Source of the DNA: Chiloscyllium plagiosum
Lineage: Eukaryota
Assembly (NCBI RefSeq): GCF_004010195.1
Contig: NC_057750.1
Location: 15,494,537 to 15,522,539, forward strand
Reading direction: 5' to 3'
Length of the DNA: 28,003 bases
The translations under genes and the position numbers were made by a program. Shown here in pieces: positions 1-8,734 of the stretch. The notes under the pieces were generated by a model. It ran no database searches, was not told where the DNA came from, and saw only the letters and a program-made list of their open reading frames with translations. The first letter of the stretch is position 1; each line of letters begins with the position of its first letter.

Positions 1-229
1 TTAAGAGCTGGAAATTGAAACAGAACAAAAGAATAAAACAACTGGAAAATGCCTCCTGAATGAATCAACACTTGAGATGACGACAAAGGAAGAGTGATTT
101 TCAGACTCTGATCATTCTTAAACATATTGTAACAATGTCTAGGAACAGACAAAGTGACATAACTGGGCCACTGAGCCCTCCTGGCCACAACCCTTTCTGA
201 TTCATTTAATTAATCATATTCATGTAATT

Positions 230-895
230 GTTCAAAGATAGGAGGCAGATAAGAAGATTGGACAAAACATAAAAAAAGAGTAATAAAGAGGGAAACATTA
301 AAACATGAGAGCAAGTTAGTCAAAAATATTAAAAGAGACGGGAAAAGTTTCTTCAATTGTTCAAGAAAGAAAAGAGTAAACAAAGTAAGTATTGGTTCTA
401 TCAAAAATAAGTTGAGGTAATTAGTTATGAAGGATAAAAGGATGAATGGGTATTTTGTGTCAGGCTTAGGATACAAATAACATCACAGAAATAGCTATAA
501 ATCAGGAACTGAAAGGGAGCAACTCCAGAAAGTTATAATTACTAGGGAAGTACTACTGAGTAAATTGTTGGAATTGCAAGTTGACAAGTGGCCATGTCCT
601 GATGTATTTCACCCTGCAATCTTAAAAGACGTAGCTAGTGAGATAGTTGATGCATTGGTTTTTTTTTTCAATTTTCCCAAATAGATATGGGTAGGATTCC
701 TTTAGGTTCGAAAATAGCTAATGCAACTCCTTTGTTTAAAGAGGGAGGGAGGCAGAAAGCAAGAAACTACAGGCCAGCTAGCTCATATGGAAAACGTTAG
801 AAGCCGTTCTTAAAGACATAACAGGGCATTTGGACAAGTTCAAGATAATCAGGTAGAGCCAACAAAGGGAAACCATGTTTAAAACTCACTTATCA
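230..895 (+). mobile_element. Decayed CR1 LINE ORF2 fragment (linker to RT N-terminus)
   Basis: Hand translation gives KHESKLVKNIKRDGKSFF, DKWPCPDVFHPAILKDVASEIVDAL and KIANATPLFKEGGRQKARNYRPAS, which are degenerate CR1 SPGPD..HP and NYRPVS motifs. Stops and frameshifts are present. Confidence 0.85.
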
Positions 896-909
896 GAGTT
901 ACGTTCAAA

Positions 910-1775
910 GCCATAGAGAGTGAGTAATACAGCACAGAAATAGGCTCTTTCGCCCACAAACACCAAACTATACTGATCTCATTCACCTGCACTTGGTCCA
1001 TAATATACTATGCCCTGTTCTTTGAAGTGCTTATCCAGATGCCTCTTAAATGCTGTGAGAATACCTGCCTCCACTATCCTCTCAAACAGCATGTTCTTCT
1101 TCGATCTCTTTTCTCTCTATCTTAAATATGTGCCCTCTGGTCTTAGACTCATATGCCACGGGGAAAGGATTCTCATGTATACATTACCAAAAGGATGTGG
1201 ACACTTTAGAGATGGTTCAGAGAAGGTTTACGAGGATGTTGCCTGGTATGGAAGTGCTAGCTATGAAGAAAGGTTGAGTAGGTTAGGTTTATTTTCATTA
1301 GAAAAAAGGAGATTGAGGGGGGACCTGATTGAGGTTTACAAAATTATGAAGGGTATAGACAGGATGGATAAAGACAAGCTTTTTCCCAGGGTGCAGAATT
1401 CCATAACGAGAGGTCACGCTTTCAAGGTGAGGGGTGGAAAGTTTAAGGGGGATACACACGGTAAGTACTTCACACAGAGGGTGGTGGGCATCTGGAATGC
1501 ATTGCCAGCAGAGGTGGTAGAGGCAGGCATGGTAGATTTATTTAAGATGCGTCTGGACAAATGCATGAATAGGTGGGAAGCAGAGGGATAAAGATGCTTA
1601 GGAATTGACCGACAGGTATAGACAGTACATTTGGATCGGCTCAGGCTTGGAGGGCCAAAGGGCCTGTTCCTAGGCTGTAAATTTTCTTTTTTCTTTTTCT
1701 TGTATACTCTGTCGATGCCTCTCGTAATTTTGCAAACTTCAATCAGAACCCCCTTCTGCCTTCTCTGCCCCAGAC
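910..1775 (-). mobile_element. CR1 3' end on the minus strand, interrupted at 1183-1700 by a younger CR1
   Basis: Reverse-complement CR1 tail and ORF2 C-terminus at 910-1180 resume at 1701-1775. Confidence 0.75.
1183..1700 (+). mobile_element. 5'-truncated CR1 LINE 3' end with 7-bp target-site duplication
   Basis: Encodes SYEERLSRLGLFSLEKRRLRGDLIEVYKIMKG...TRGH...YFTQRVVGIWNALP, followed by a 3' UTR and T-rich tail. Flanked by TGTATAC at 1176-1182 and 1701-1707. Confidence 0.92.
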
Positions 1776-1964
1776 TGTTTCCTTCATTTTTTAAACTTTT
1801 GCCTATATGCCTCAGGAACTAAATCCAATCCACCCAGAAAAATCAATTTTTAAAACATGATCTGTAGAGAGTCCCCTGACAGTGATGCATTTATTTCCTG
1901 TGTTCTTTCCATTTAATTTATATAGATAGCATTTTTCTCTGGCCACTTAATTTGAGTTGTAATT

Positions 1965-2322
1965 TTATTTTTGAAGAAGTAACTTAAGTTGTAGATGAAG
2001 GGTAATCAGTGAATATATCATACTTAGAATTCAGAAGGCATTTCATAAGGTTCCACATTAAAGATTATTGTGGCAAATGAAAGCTCATGATGTAGACAGT
2101 CACTATTTTTTCTCTCAGAGAGTTGCGAGTCTTTGGAATTCCTTTCATCAAAAGGCAGTAGATGCAGAATCTTTAAATAATAGTAAGCCAGTAGTAGATA
2201 AATTCTTGATTATCAGGAGGATGAAAGATCAATGGGAATATACAGGAATGTGGAGTTGAGATTAAAATCAGATCAGCTGTGATTTTGTGGAATGGTGGAG
2301 CAGGCCTACTTATTCGTATGTT
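1965..2322 (+). mobile_element. Decayed CR1 fragment: RT motif joined to 3' end (internal deletion)
   Basis: FEEVT*VVDEG*SVNISYLEF (a YLDFxKAFD-like block) runs into FFSQRVASLWNS and a 3' UTR. Probably continues the 230-895 element. Confidence 0.75.
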
Positions 2323-2402
2323 AGCTGATCCCAGGTATCATTAAAATGCAGAGACTCCTGGGATTCTGTGAACCTGTCCATGCTCTGCCAGAGTAAATTA
2401 AA

Positions 2403-2556
2403 GTTTGTGAGAAGATTTGTAGCTCGGGTGCTCGTTGCTGTGGTTCTGTTCGCCGAGCTGGAAGTTTTTGTTGCAAATGTTTCATCCCCTGTCTAGGTGA
2501 CATCCTCAGTGCTTGGGAGCCTCCTGTGAAGATCTTCTGTGGTGTTTCCTCCGGCA
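2403..2556 (-). mobile_element. Penelope-like element, inverted pseudo-LTR arm
   Basis: Near-exact reverse complement of 3406-3527 plus a ~30-nt extra 3' tail. Confidence 0.9.
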
Positions 2557-2559
2557 GTT

Positions 2560-3070
2560 AACAGAGGGACTTCAGAGTTCTTAATCACAAAAAGCTAGCA
2601 TCCAGGTTCAGCAGATAATAGAGAAGGCAAGTGGAATGCTGGCCTTCATTTCAAAAGGAATGGTGTCGAAAAGTAGCGAGGTTTTGCTAAAACTATACGT
2701 GGCACTAGTCAGACCACAGCTGGCAAACTGTGAACAGTTTTCTGCCCCTTATCTAAGGTGAGATATACTGATTTTGGAGGCAGCATAGGAAAGGTTCACT
2801 TGGATGGCATTAGTATGGAGGGACTTTAGTTGAGTAGGTAGGGAGTCTATTTGCAGTTTAGAAGAATAAGAGGCAACCTTATTGAAGAACGCAAGATTTG
2901 TAGGGTGCTTGACAGGGTAGATGCAGTGTTTCCTCTTGTGGAGGAAATCAAAGACCAAAGAGCATAATCTCAGACTAAAGGAACACACATTTAAGACAAA
3001 TATTAGAAGTATCTTCTTCTCTCAAGAGGGTAGAGAACGTATGGGATTCTTTACCATAGAGACTGTCGAC
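2560..3070 (+). mobile_element. Old CR1 ORF2 C-terminal fragment lying between the two Penelope arms
   Basis: KASGMLAFISKG, LLKLYVALVRPQL, RRIRGNLIE and IFFSQ motifs, heavily mutated. Confidence 0.8.
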
Positions 3071-3092
3071 ATTAGGGTGAGAAGTATACTCA

Positions 3093-3527
3093 ACACAAAA
3101 CACTATATAGGACAAACAGGAAGACAGCTAACGATCCGCATCCACCAACATTAACTAGCCACGAAACGACACGACCAGCTATCCCTAGTAGCCACACATG
3201 CAGACGACTAGCAACATGAATTCGACTGGGACAACACTACCATTATAGGGCAAGCCAAACAAAGAACAGCCAGGGAATTCCTAGAAGCATGGCAATTATC
3301 CACAAACTCCATCAACAAACACATTGACCTGAACCCAATATACCGGCCACTACAGCGGACAGCTGAAACTGACAACCGGAAGCGGCAGGGACAGGCCACT
3401 ATAAATGCCGGAGGAAACACCACAGAAGCGCTTCACAGGAGGCTCCCAAGCACTGAGGATGTCACCTAGACAGGGGATGAAACATTTGCAACAAAAACTT
3501 CCAGCTCGGCGAACAGAACCACAACAG
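3093..3527 (+). mobile_element. Penelope-like retroelement 3' end: GIY-YIG endonuclease remnant plus pseudo-LTR
   Basis: Translates to KHYIGQTGRQLTIRIHQH*LATKRHDQLSLVATHADD*QHEFDWDNTTIIGQAKQRTAREFLEAW..NSIN, containing the PLE GIY-YIG motifs YIGxT, R..H, H.FD, R..LE and IN. Confidence 0.92.
3453..3486 (+). ncRNA. Degenerate minimal hammerhead ribozyme motif in the Penelope pseudo-LTR
   Basis: CTGAGGA-T-GTCACCT-agac-AGGGGAT-GAAAC-ATT, i.e. CUGANGA core, imperfect stem II and GAAA. A mirror copy lies on the minus strand at ~2476-2509. Confidence 0.6.
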
Positions 3528-3547
3528 CAGAGTAAATTAAAATCTAT

Positions 3548-3886
3548 GGAGAGAGAGCAAGCTAACATTTTGAGTCTAAATGACTCTTCATCAGAGCTGA
3601 AGTGAAGTGTGGAGGGGACAGCATTTATGCTGTAGTGGAGGGGTGAGTTGGAGTGCTCACAGTCTGATCACTTAATCTGAACTATCAACATCCTTCGTCC
3701 CCCATACCCCGCGCCAACTATTGCATAAATGCTGCCCCCTCCATACTTCACAACAGCTCTACTGAAGAGTCATCTAAATTTGAAATGTTAGCTTGCTCTC
3801 TGTCCATGGATGCTGTCTGACCTGCTGTGATCTCCAGCATTTTTTGTTTTCAGTTCAGATCTCAGCATCTGCAGTAATTTGCTCCA
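3548..3886. mobile_element. PLE-derived inverted-pair insertion (second family) with 14-bp TSD
   Basis: Arms ~3547-3632 and ~3723-3806 are inverted repeats. AAATTAAAATCTAT is duplicated at 3534-3547 and 3887-3900. The minus strand at 3564-3594 reads CTGATGA-A-GAGTC-attta-GACTC-aaaatgtt (hammerhead-like). Confidence 0.85.
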
Positions 3887-3904
3887 AAATTAAAATCTAT
3901 CTCT

Positions 3905-4428
3905 TCCCCAGCTCTTCATCTGTTTCAATTCTTTCCTGGTCAAACTCTCACCTTCTAAACTGCCTAAACTTTCCAAACTCCCAATATTATCCTAACCCTC
4001 TCTCCATCCCATTTACCCATCAACATTGCACTGACTGACCTACACTGGTTCCTGGTCCAGCATGCCTCTTTCTTAAAATTCTCATCATTCTTTGCTAATG
4101 CGTCCATGGTCTCGTCTCCTTCCTAACTCTGTAACTCGCCCAGCCCCACAAAAACTACAAAATCTCTAGTTTGGGTCCATTAAGCATCCCTGATTTCTAT
4201 TGTTTCAACATTGCTGGCCGTGCCTTCAGCTGCCTACGCCCCAAACTCTGGAATTCCCTCCCTGAACCTCTCCTCCTCTCAACTTCTCCCACCTTTTATG
4301 ATGCTCCTAAAAACTAGCATCTTTGGCCTAGCCACCAGTGGCTCAACCTGTTATCTGGCTCAATGTCAAGCTTTGTCTGATAATATTTGACTACATTAAA
4401 GGTTCCATATAAATGTAGGTTGTTGTTA
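3905..4428 (+). mobile_element. L2 LINE 3' end
   Basis: LTDLHWFLV, LKILI and GRAFSCLRPKLWNSLP motifs; ends in a TATAAATG..GTTGTTGTT tail typical of L2. Confidence 0.8.
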
Positions 4429-5310
4429 TTTTACTCTTCTAATGCCCAGTGAGTGATGTTGGCAGGAGATCAGAAGAACACGAAAGCTTTCAAAACCTGT
4501 TTCCTGCCTTTTTCACAAGGTGTCAGTTCTTCGCGGGGTTGCTTGTTATTGTTTGAAGTGTACTCCTCTTGCACACATCATCTCATGGCTCCAAATAGAC
4601 ACAGTGTTCCTGCAAATTGGTGTCTGTTGTTATGCAGTCCATAGAACTATATTAGAAAGCCTTCCTGACCCTGTCTGACCCTTGCTGACCCAATCTCACC
4701 CAATCTGACCCTATCTGCCCAGTCTAACCTTGTCTACCTTGACCAAACCAGCCTGACCCTAACTGCCCACTCTGACCTAATCTGATCTAGTCCGACCTTG
4801 TCTGACCCAGTCTGACCCTATCTGATCCAGTCTGACCTTATGTGCACTGTCTGACCCTGACAAACCCACTCTAACCCTCTTTGCCCACTTTAACCCTATC
4901 TGACACAGTCCCACCTTGACATACCCAGTCTGATCTTATCTGGCCAGTCTATCCAAGCCTGACCTGATCTGCCCAGTCTGAACAAGTCTGACCCTGTCTG
5001 ATCTAGTTTGACCCAGTCCGACCCTGACTATCCCAGTCTGAATGTATTGACCCAATCTGTCCCAGTCTGACCTGATCTGCCCAGTCTGATCCCATCTGAC
5101 TCAGATTGATCCAGTCTTACCCAGACTCACCCTATCTGACCCAGTGTGACACTGACTAACCCAGTCTCAGCCTATCTGTCCAGTCCGTCCTAGTCTGATC
5201 TGATCTGCACAATCTGACCCACTTTGACCCAGTCCTGGCCATACTCACCCTATCTGACCCACTTTGACCCTATCTGACTCTGACTAATCTATGCTTATCT
5301 GACCTAATTT

Positions 5311-5403
5311 GACAATAGACAATAGACAATAGGTGCAGGAGTAGGCCATTCAGCCCTTCGAGCCTGCACCACCATTCAACATGATCATTCCTAATCAGTA
5401 TCC
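5311..5403 (-). mobile_element. Short CR1 3'-tail insertion within the satellite
   Basis: (GACAATA)3-GGTGCAGGAGTAGGCCATTCAGCCCTTCGAGCC resembles the CR1 tail at 24530-24605. Confidence 0.8.
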
Positions 5404-5555
5404 CTGACTTAGACTATTCCTGACTAAACTCAGCCTGACCCTGACTAACCCAGTCTGTCCCTATCTGCCATTCTGACCCAAACTGTCCAGTCTGATCCTG
5501 TCCGCCCTGTCTGACCCAGTCTTACCCAATGTGCTCAGTCTGACATGGTCTGCTA

Positions 5556-5799
5556 TAAAACAAATAAAACAGCGGATGCTGGAGATCTGGAAGAAAAACT
5601 GAAATTGCTGCTGAAACTCAGCATCTGCAGCATCTGTGGGGAGAAAGCAGAGTTAATGTTTCAAGTCCCATGACTCAGTTGAAGACTGGTCCTGACGCTG
5701 ACTAACCCAGTCTCATGAAGAATCATCAGAATGAAAACATCAATTCTACTTTTTTCCCACAGGTGTTGCCAGACATATTGAGTTCTGCCAGCAATTTCT
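5556..5799. mobile_element. PLE-derived inverted pair with satellite spacer (copy 1)
   Basis: Minus arm ~5556-5677, satellite-like spacer, plus arm ~5716-5799 (atgaagaatcatcagaatgaaaacatc...ccagcaatttct). Confidence 0.75.
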
Positions 5800-5861
5800 G
5801 ACCTAGTCTAACCCCGACTAACCCACTCTGACCCAATGTCAACCTGACTAACCCAATCTGA

Positions 5862-6063
5862 GGGGAAAGTGAGGACTGCAGATGCTGGAGATCAGAGCTA
5901 AAAAATGTGTTGCTGGAAAAGTGCAGCAGGTCAGGCAGCATCCAAGAAGCAGGAGAATCGACGTTTCATTCCTGAAGAAGGGCTTATGCTCGAAACGTCG
6001 ATTCTCCTGCTCCTTGGATGCTGCCTGACCTGCTGCGCTTTTCCAGCAACACATTTTTCAGGT
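5862..6063. mobile_element. Young palindromic PLE-derived element (third family) with 14-bp TSD
   Basis: 67-bp inverted arms at 5901-5967 and 5992-6058 with 2 mismatches. CTAACCCAATCTGA occurs at 5848-5861 and 6064-6077. Confidence 0.9.
5972..5999 (+). ncRNA. Minimal hammerhead ribozyme motif
   Basis: CTGAAGA-A-GGGC-ttat-GCTC-GAAAC-GTC: both core boxes, a stem II with one G-U pair, and a GUC triplet. Confidence 0.7.
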
Positions 6064-6735
6064 CTAACCCAATCTGACCCAGGCCAATCGAGTCTGACCC
6101 AGTCAGTCCCTGATTAACTCAGTCCAACCCAGTCTGACACTTACTGGCCCAGTTTAACCCTAGTTTACCCAATTTGATCTAGTCTGATCCTGACTGATCC
6201 AGTCTGACTTATTTGCCCAGTTTGAGCTTATTTAACCCAGTTTGACCCTGACCAATGCAGTCTGACCCGGCCTGACCCAGTCTGGCCTTATCTACCCCTG
6301 ACATACCCAGTCTGACCTGATCCACCCAGGCTGACCCAGTTTGGCCCTGACTAAACTCACCTTCAGCCACTCTGGCCCAGTTTGACCCGTTCTGACCCTG
6401 ATTAACCCAGTCTGACCATTTTTGCAAAGTTTGACCATTTCTGACCCAGTTCAACCCAGTCTTATCCTGACTAGCCCAGTCTTTTCCTCGTTGATCCAGT
6501 CTAATCCTATTTTACCCAGTTTGATTTAGTCTGATCCTGACTAAACCAGTCTGACCTTATTTACCGAGTTTGACCCTAAATGACGCAGTTTGACCGAGGT
6601 TGACCCAGTCTGACCCAGCCTTACCCAGTCTGACCCAGTTTGACTCAGTCTGACCCTGACTGACCCAGTCCAACCCCATCTTCTAATTCCAACCCAATCC
6701 TACCCGCTGTGCCCAGTCTGATCTGGTCTGATATT

Positions 6736-6986
6736 AAACAAAGAACTGTGAATGCTGGAGATCCGAAACAAAATCAGAAATGGCCGCCAAAATTCAAAAG
6801 ATCTTGCAGCAAATGTGGGGAGAAACCAGAGTTAACGTTTCGAGTCCCATGATACTGATCCTGACCTTGACTCACCCACTCTGACCCCACCTAACCCAGT
6901 CACATGAAGAGTCACTAGACTCAAAATGCTAACTCTGTTTTCTCCCCACAGATGTTTCCAGACCCACTGGGTTTTGCCAGCAATTG
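6736..6986. mobile_element. PLE-derived inverted pair with satellite spacer (copy 2)
   Basis: Minus arm ~6736-6855, satellite spacer, plus arm ~6904-6986 (atgaagagtcactagactcaaaatgct...). Confidence 0.75.
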
Positions 6987-7229
6987 GTGACCTGGTCTGA
7001 CCCCAACTAACTCAGTCTGACCCAGTCTGACCCTATTTTATCCAATTTGATTTTGTCTGACCCTGACCAACCCAATCCGACCTTATTTGACCATTCTGAC
7101 TCTTGACCAGTTCTCCTAATTGATTAAACTGAGCTCTACAGCACCCTCTCTTGATCAAATATTCTAAGTGCAGATTCAGTTTTCCTGGTCCATATTCACA
7201 ACTGCACAAAGTGGCCATTCTCCCTTTGT

Positions 7230-7242
7230 GTTCCATGGCAAC
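7230..7242. promoter_or_regulatory. Possible RFX X-box
   Basis: GTTCCATGGCAAC has one perfect half-site versus the palindrome GTTGCCATGGCAAC and lies in a short non-repetitive island. Confidence 0.3.
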
Positions 7243-7359
7243 GTACACTAATAGGCCACTCACCCACCACTAGGCTGACGCTGACTTCACTTGAGCACTG
7301 ATTATTGGGGGGGCATAATTCCAAATGACACATAAACACCACTAACCCGTTGGGAAATT

Positions 7360-8495
7360 ATGGAGAATTCTGACAAGGAGAAGCCAAGATTTAATTAGTA
7401 CTTTGACACATACTGAAATAAATTGGTTAAATGCAATTTTCCTTCCAGAAAGCCATATAGACTCTGCCTGATTACCTTAAATTTATCCAAATACCCTGCT
7501 TTGACATCTTTAATAATACCTGTTTTCATTTTCCCTCTCACACATGTTAAGCTAATTGACTTATAGCTTCCTGCTGTTTATCTCCTCTTTTCAAATAAAG
7601 GAGTTAAACTGACTCCTTTTCAATCTTTTGGAACCTTCCCCAAATCTAGTGACATTTGAAAAATTAAAATCAAATCATCAAATATCTCATGAGCCACTTC
7701 TTTTAAGATCTGAGAATGAAGTCAATCAAGACTCAGTGGCTTTTGTTATTGGCCACAGCAGACTCCCTCAAAGTATATTAAGAAGGCAGCTCACACCCTA
7801 ACTTTTTTTATTTTAAAGGTAAATGTCAGCTGCTGTGTGTCAGATGCAATTCAATTGGCCAACTACTTGGCGTTAAGCAAAATACAATTTATTCAAACAC
7901 TGTAGTTAAATACAAAAAAGAAAAAGGAACTTTGACTACGTAATTCTATTAGAAAATTGAACAGAATAATGGATTATTTTACTACTAAACACTAACTGTT
8001 GTAATGTAGTAAAATCCCATAAACATAACCTTGGCAAAAATGCAAATTCAGAATACATTGTCTCAATGCAGTTCTCCAATCCAGGAGGAAAGAATATCAA
8101 AAGACAATTCTTAGAGAAAACTCAGAGAGAGTGTAGCAGCCAGGAGAGATTCACTGCCTTCCAACTCTGCTGAGACCCCAGTAACAACTGCTGAAAGCTA
8201 ACTAAAAACCATGGTTCTGTGAGAGCTTAACCACACCCGTTCAGGCTGCTTCTATTGTTCTAACTTAAATAAACTCAAAACCTAACAAGTTGTTTATCTT
8301 CTTGCAGACTGCTTGATACCTGCTCCCCCTATCTCCCTTTAGATGAAACTAGGACAAAACACAGCTCTTAAAGCCACAGTATCATGACACTTATTTGCTA
8401 CGTACTTCCTCCTAGGTGATTGTAATTTTTGAGTTACAGCAGCACCCCACCCGCCCCAACTGACCTTTTAACTGATAAATATTTCTGGAATGTCT
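7360..8495 (-). mobile_element. Decayed CR1 ORF2 fragment interrupted by a solo LTR
   Basis: 7440-7740 and 8390-8495 are reverse-complement-similar to the CR1 at ~480-870. Confidence 0.7.
7744..8389 (-). mobile_element. Solo LTR (~645 bp)
   Basis: TGTTAT...ATGACA termini, near-TSD CTTT/CTTA, and TTTATT (minus-strand AATAAA) near 7889. It interrupts a collinear CR1. Confidence 0.7.
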
Positions 8496-8734
8496 CTTGT
8501 ATTCTTTGTATAGATTCTCAGGTAGCTGAACTGCTTGGATCTGTGAATAAGAAAAGCAGAATCCAACAGATCTCCAACAGTTCAGGAACTCTCTCTGTTC
8601 GCTGTAGTCAAAGCCACTTTGAGCCAGTTTATCTCTCTTTTAGCAGTTGCTGCACGCCATGCCTTTTAACTGTTAGTTTAGAGATCTCTTATATGTGTGA
8701 ACCAACCACCATGTGCCTTCTGCAAACCAGAAAA

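Larger units (their letters stand above)
4664..7110. repeat. Diverged tandem satellite, ~10-bp unit (consensus CTGACCCAGT), with embedded insertions
   Basis: Continuous runs such as tctgacccagtctgaccctatctgatccagtctgacc (4801-4837) and tgacccagtctgacccag (6601-6618), with 5- and 10-bp periodicity. Confidence 0.95.

Noticed and set aside
1..100. Possible terminal coding exon (ELEIETEQKNK...KEE*)
   Set aside because: Too short, in-frame stop immediately upstream, and no recognisable homology.
1010..1591. 193-aa ORF as a gene
   Set aside because: Chimera of antisense CR1 and a nested sense CR1 C-terminus.
4453..4644. Possible exon in unique sequence
   Set aside because: No recognisable protein on either strand; cannot be supported without expression data.
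2321..6117. Duplicated small ORF pairs (2321-2503 with 3405-3605; 5848-6054 with 5905-6117)
   Set aside because: By-products of the inverted PLE arms, not paralogous genes.
4664..7110. CRISPR array or repetitive protein (GQTGSDWVRL-like ORFs)
   Set aside because: No constant repeat with unique spacers and a eukaryotic context; the ORFs are short translations of a 10-bp satellite with frequent stops.
8429..8730. 131-aa ORF or exon
   Set aside because: Begins in antisense CR1, ends in the Rex1 endonuclease, and the middle has no recognisable domain.
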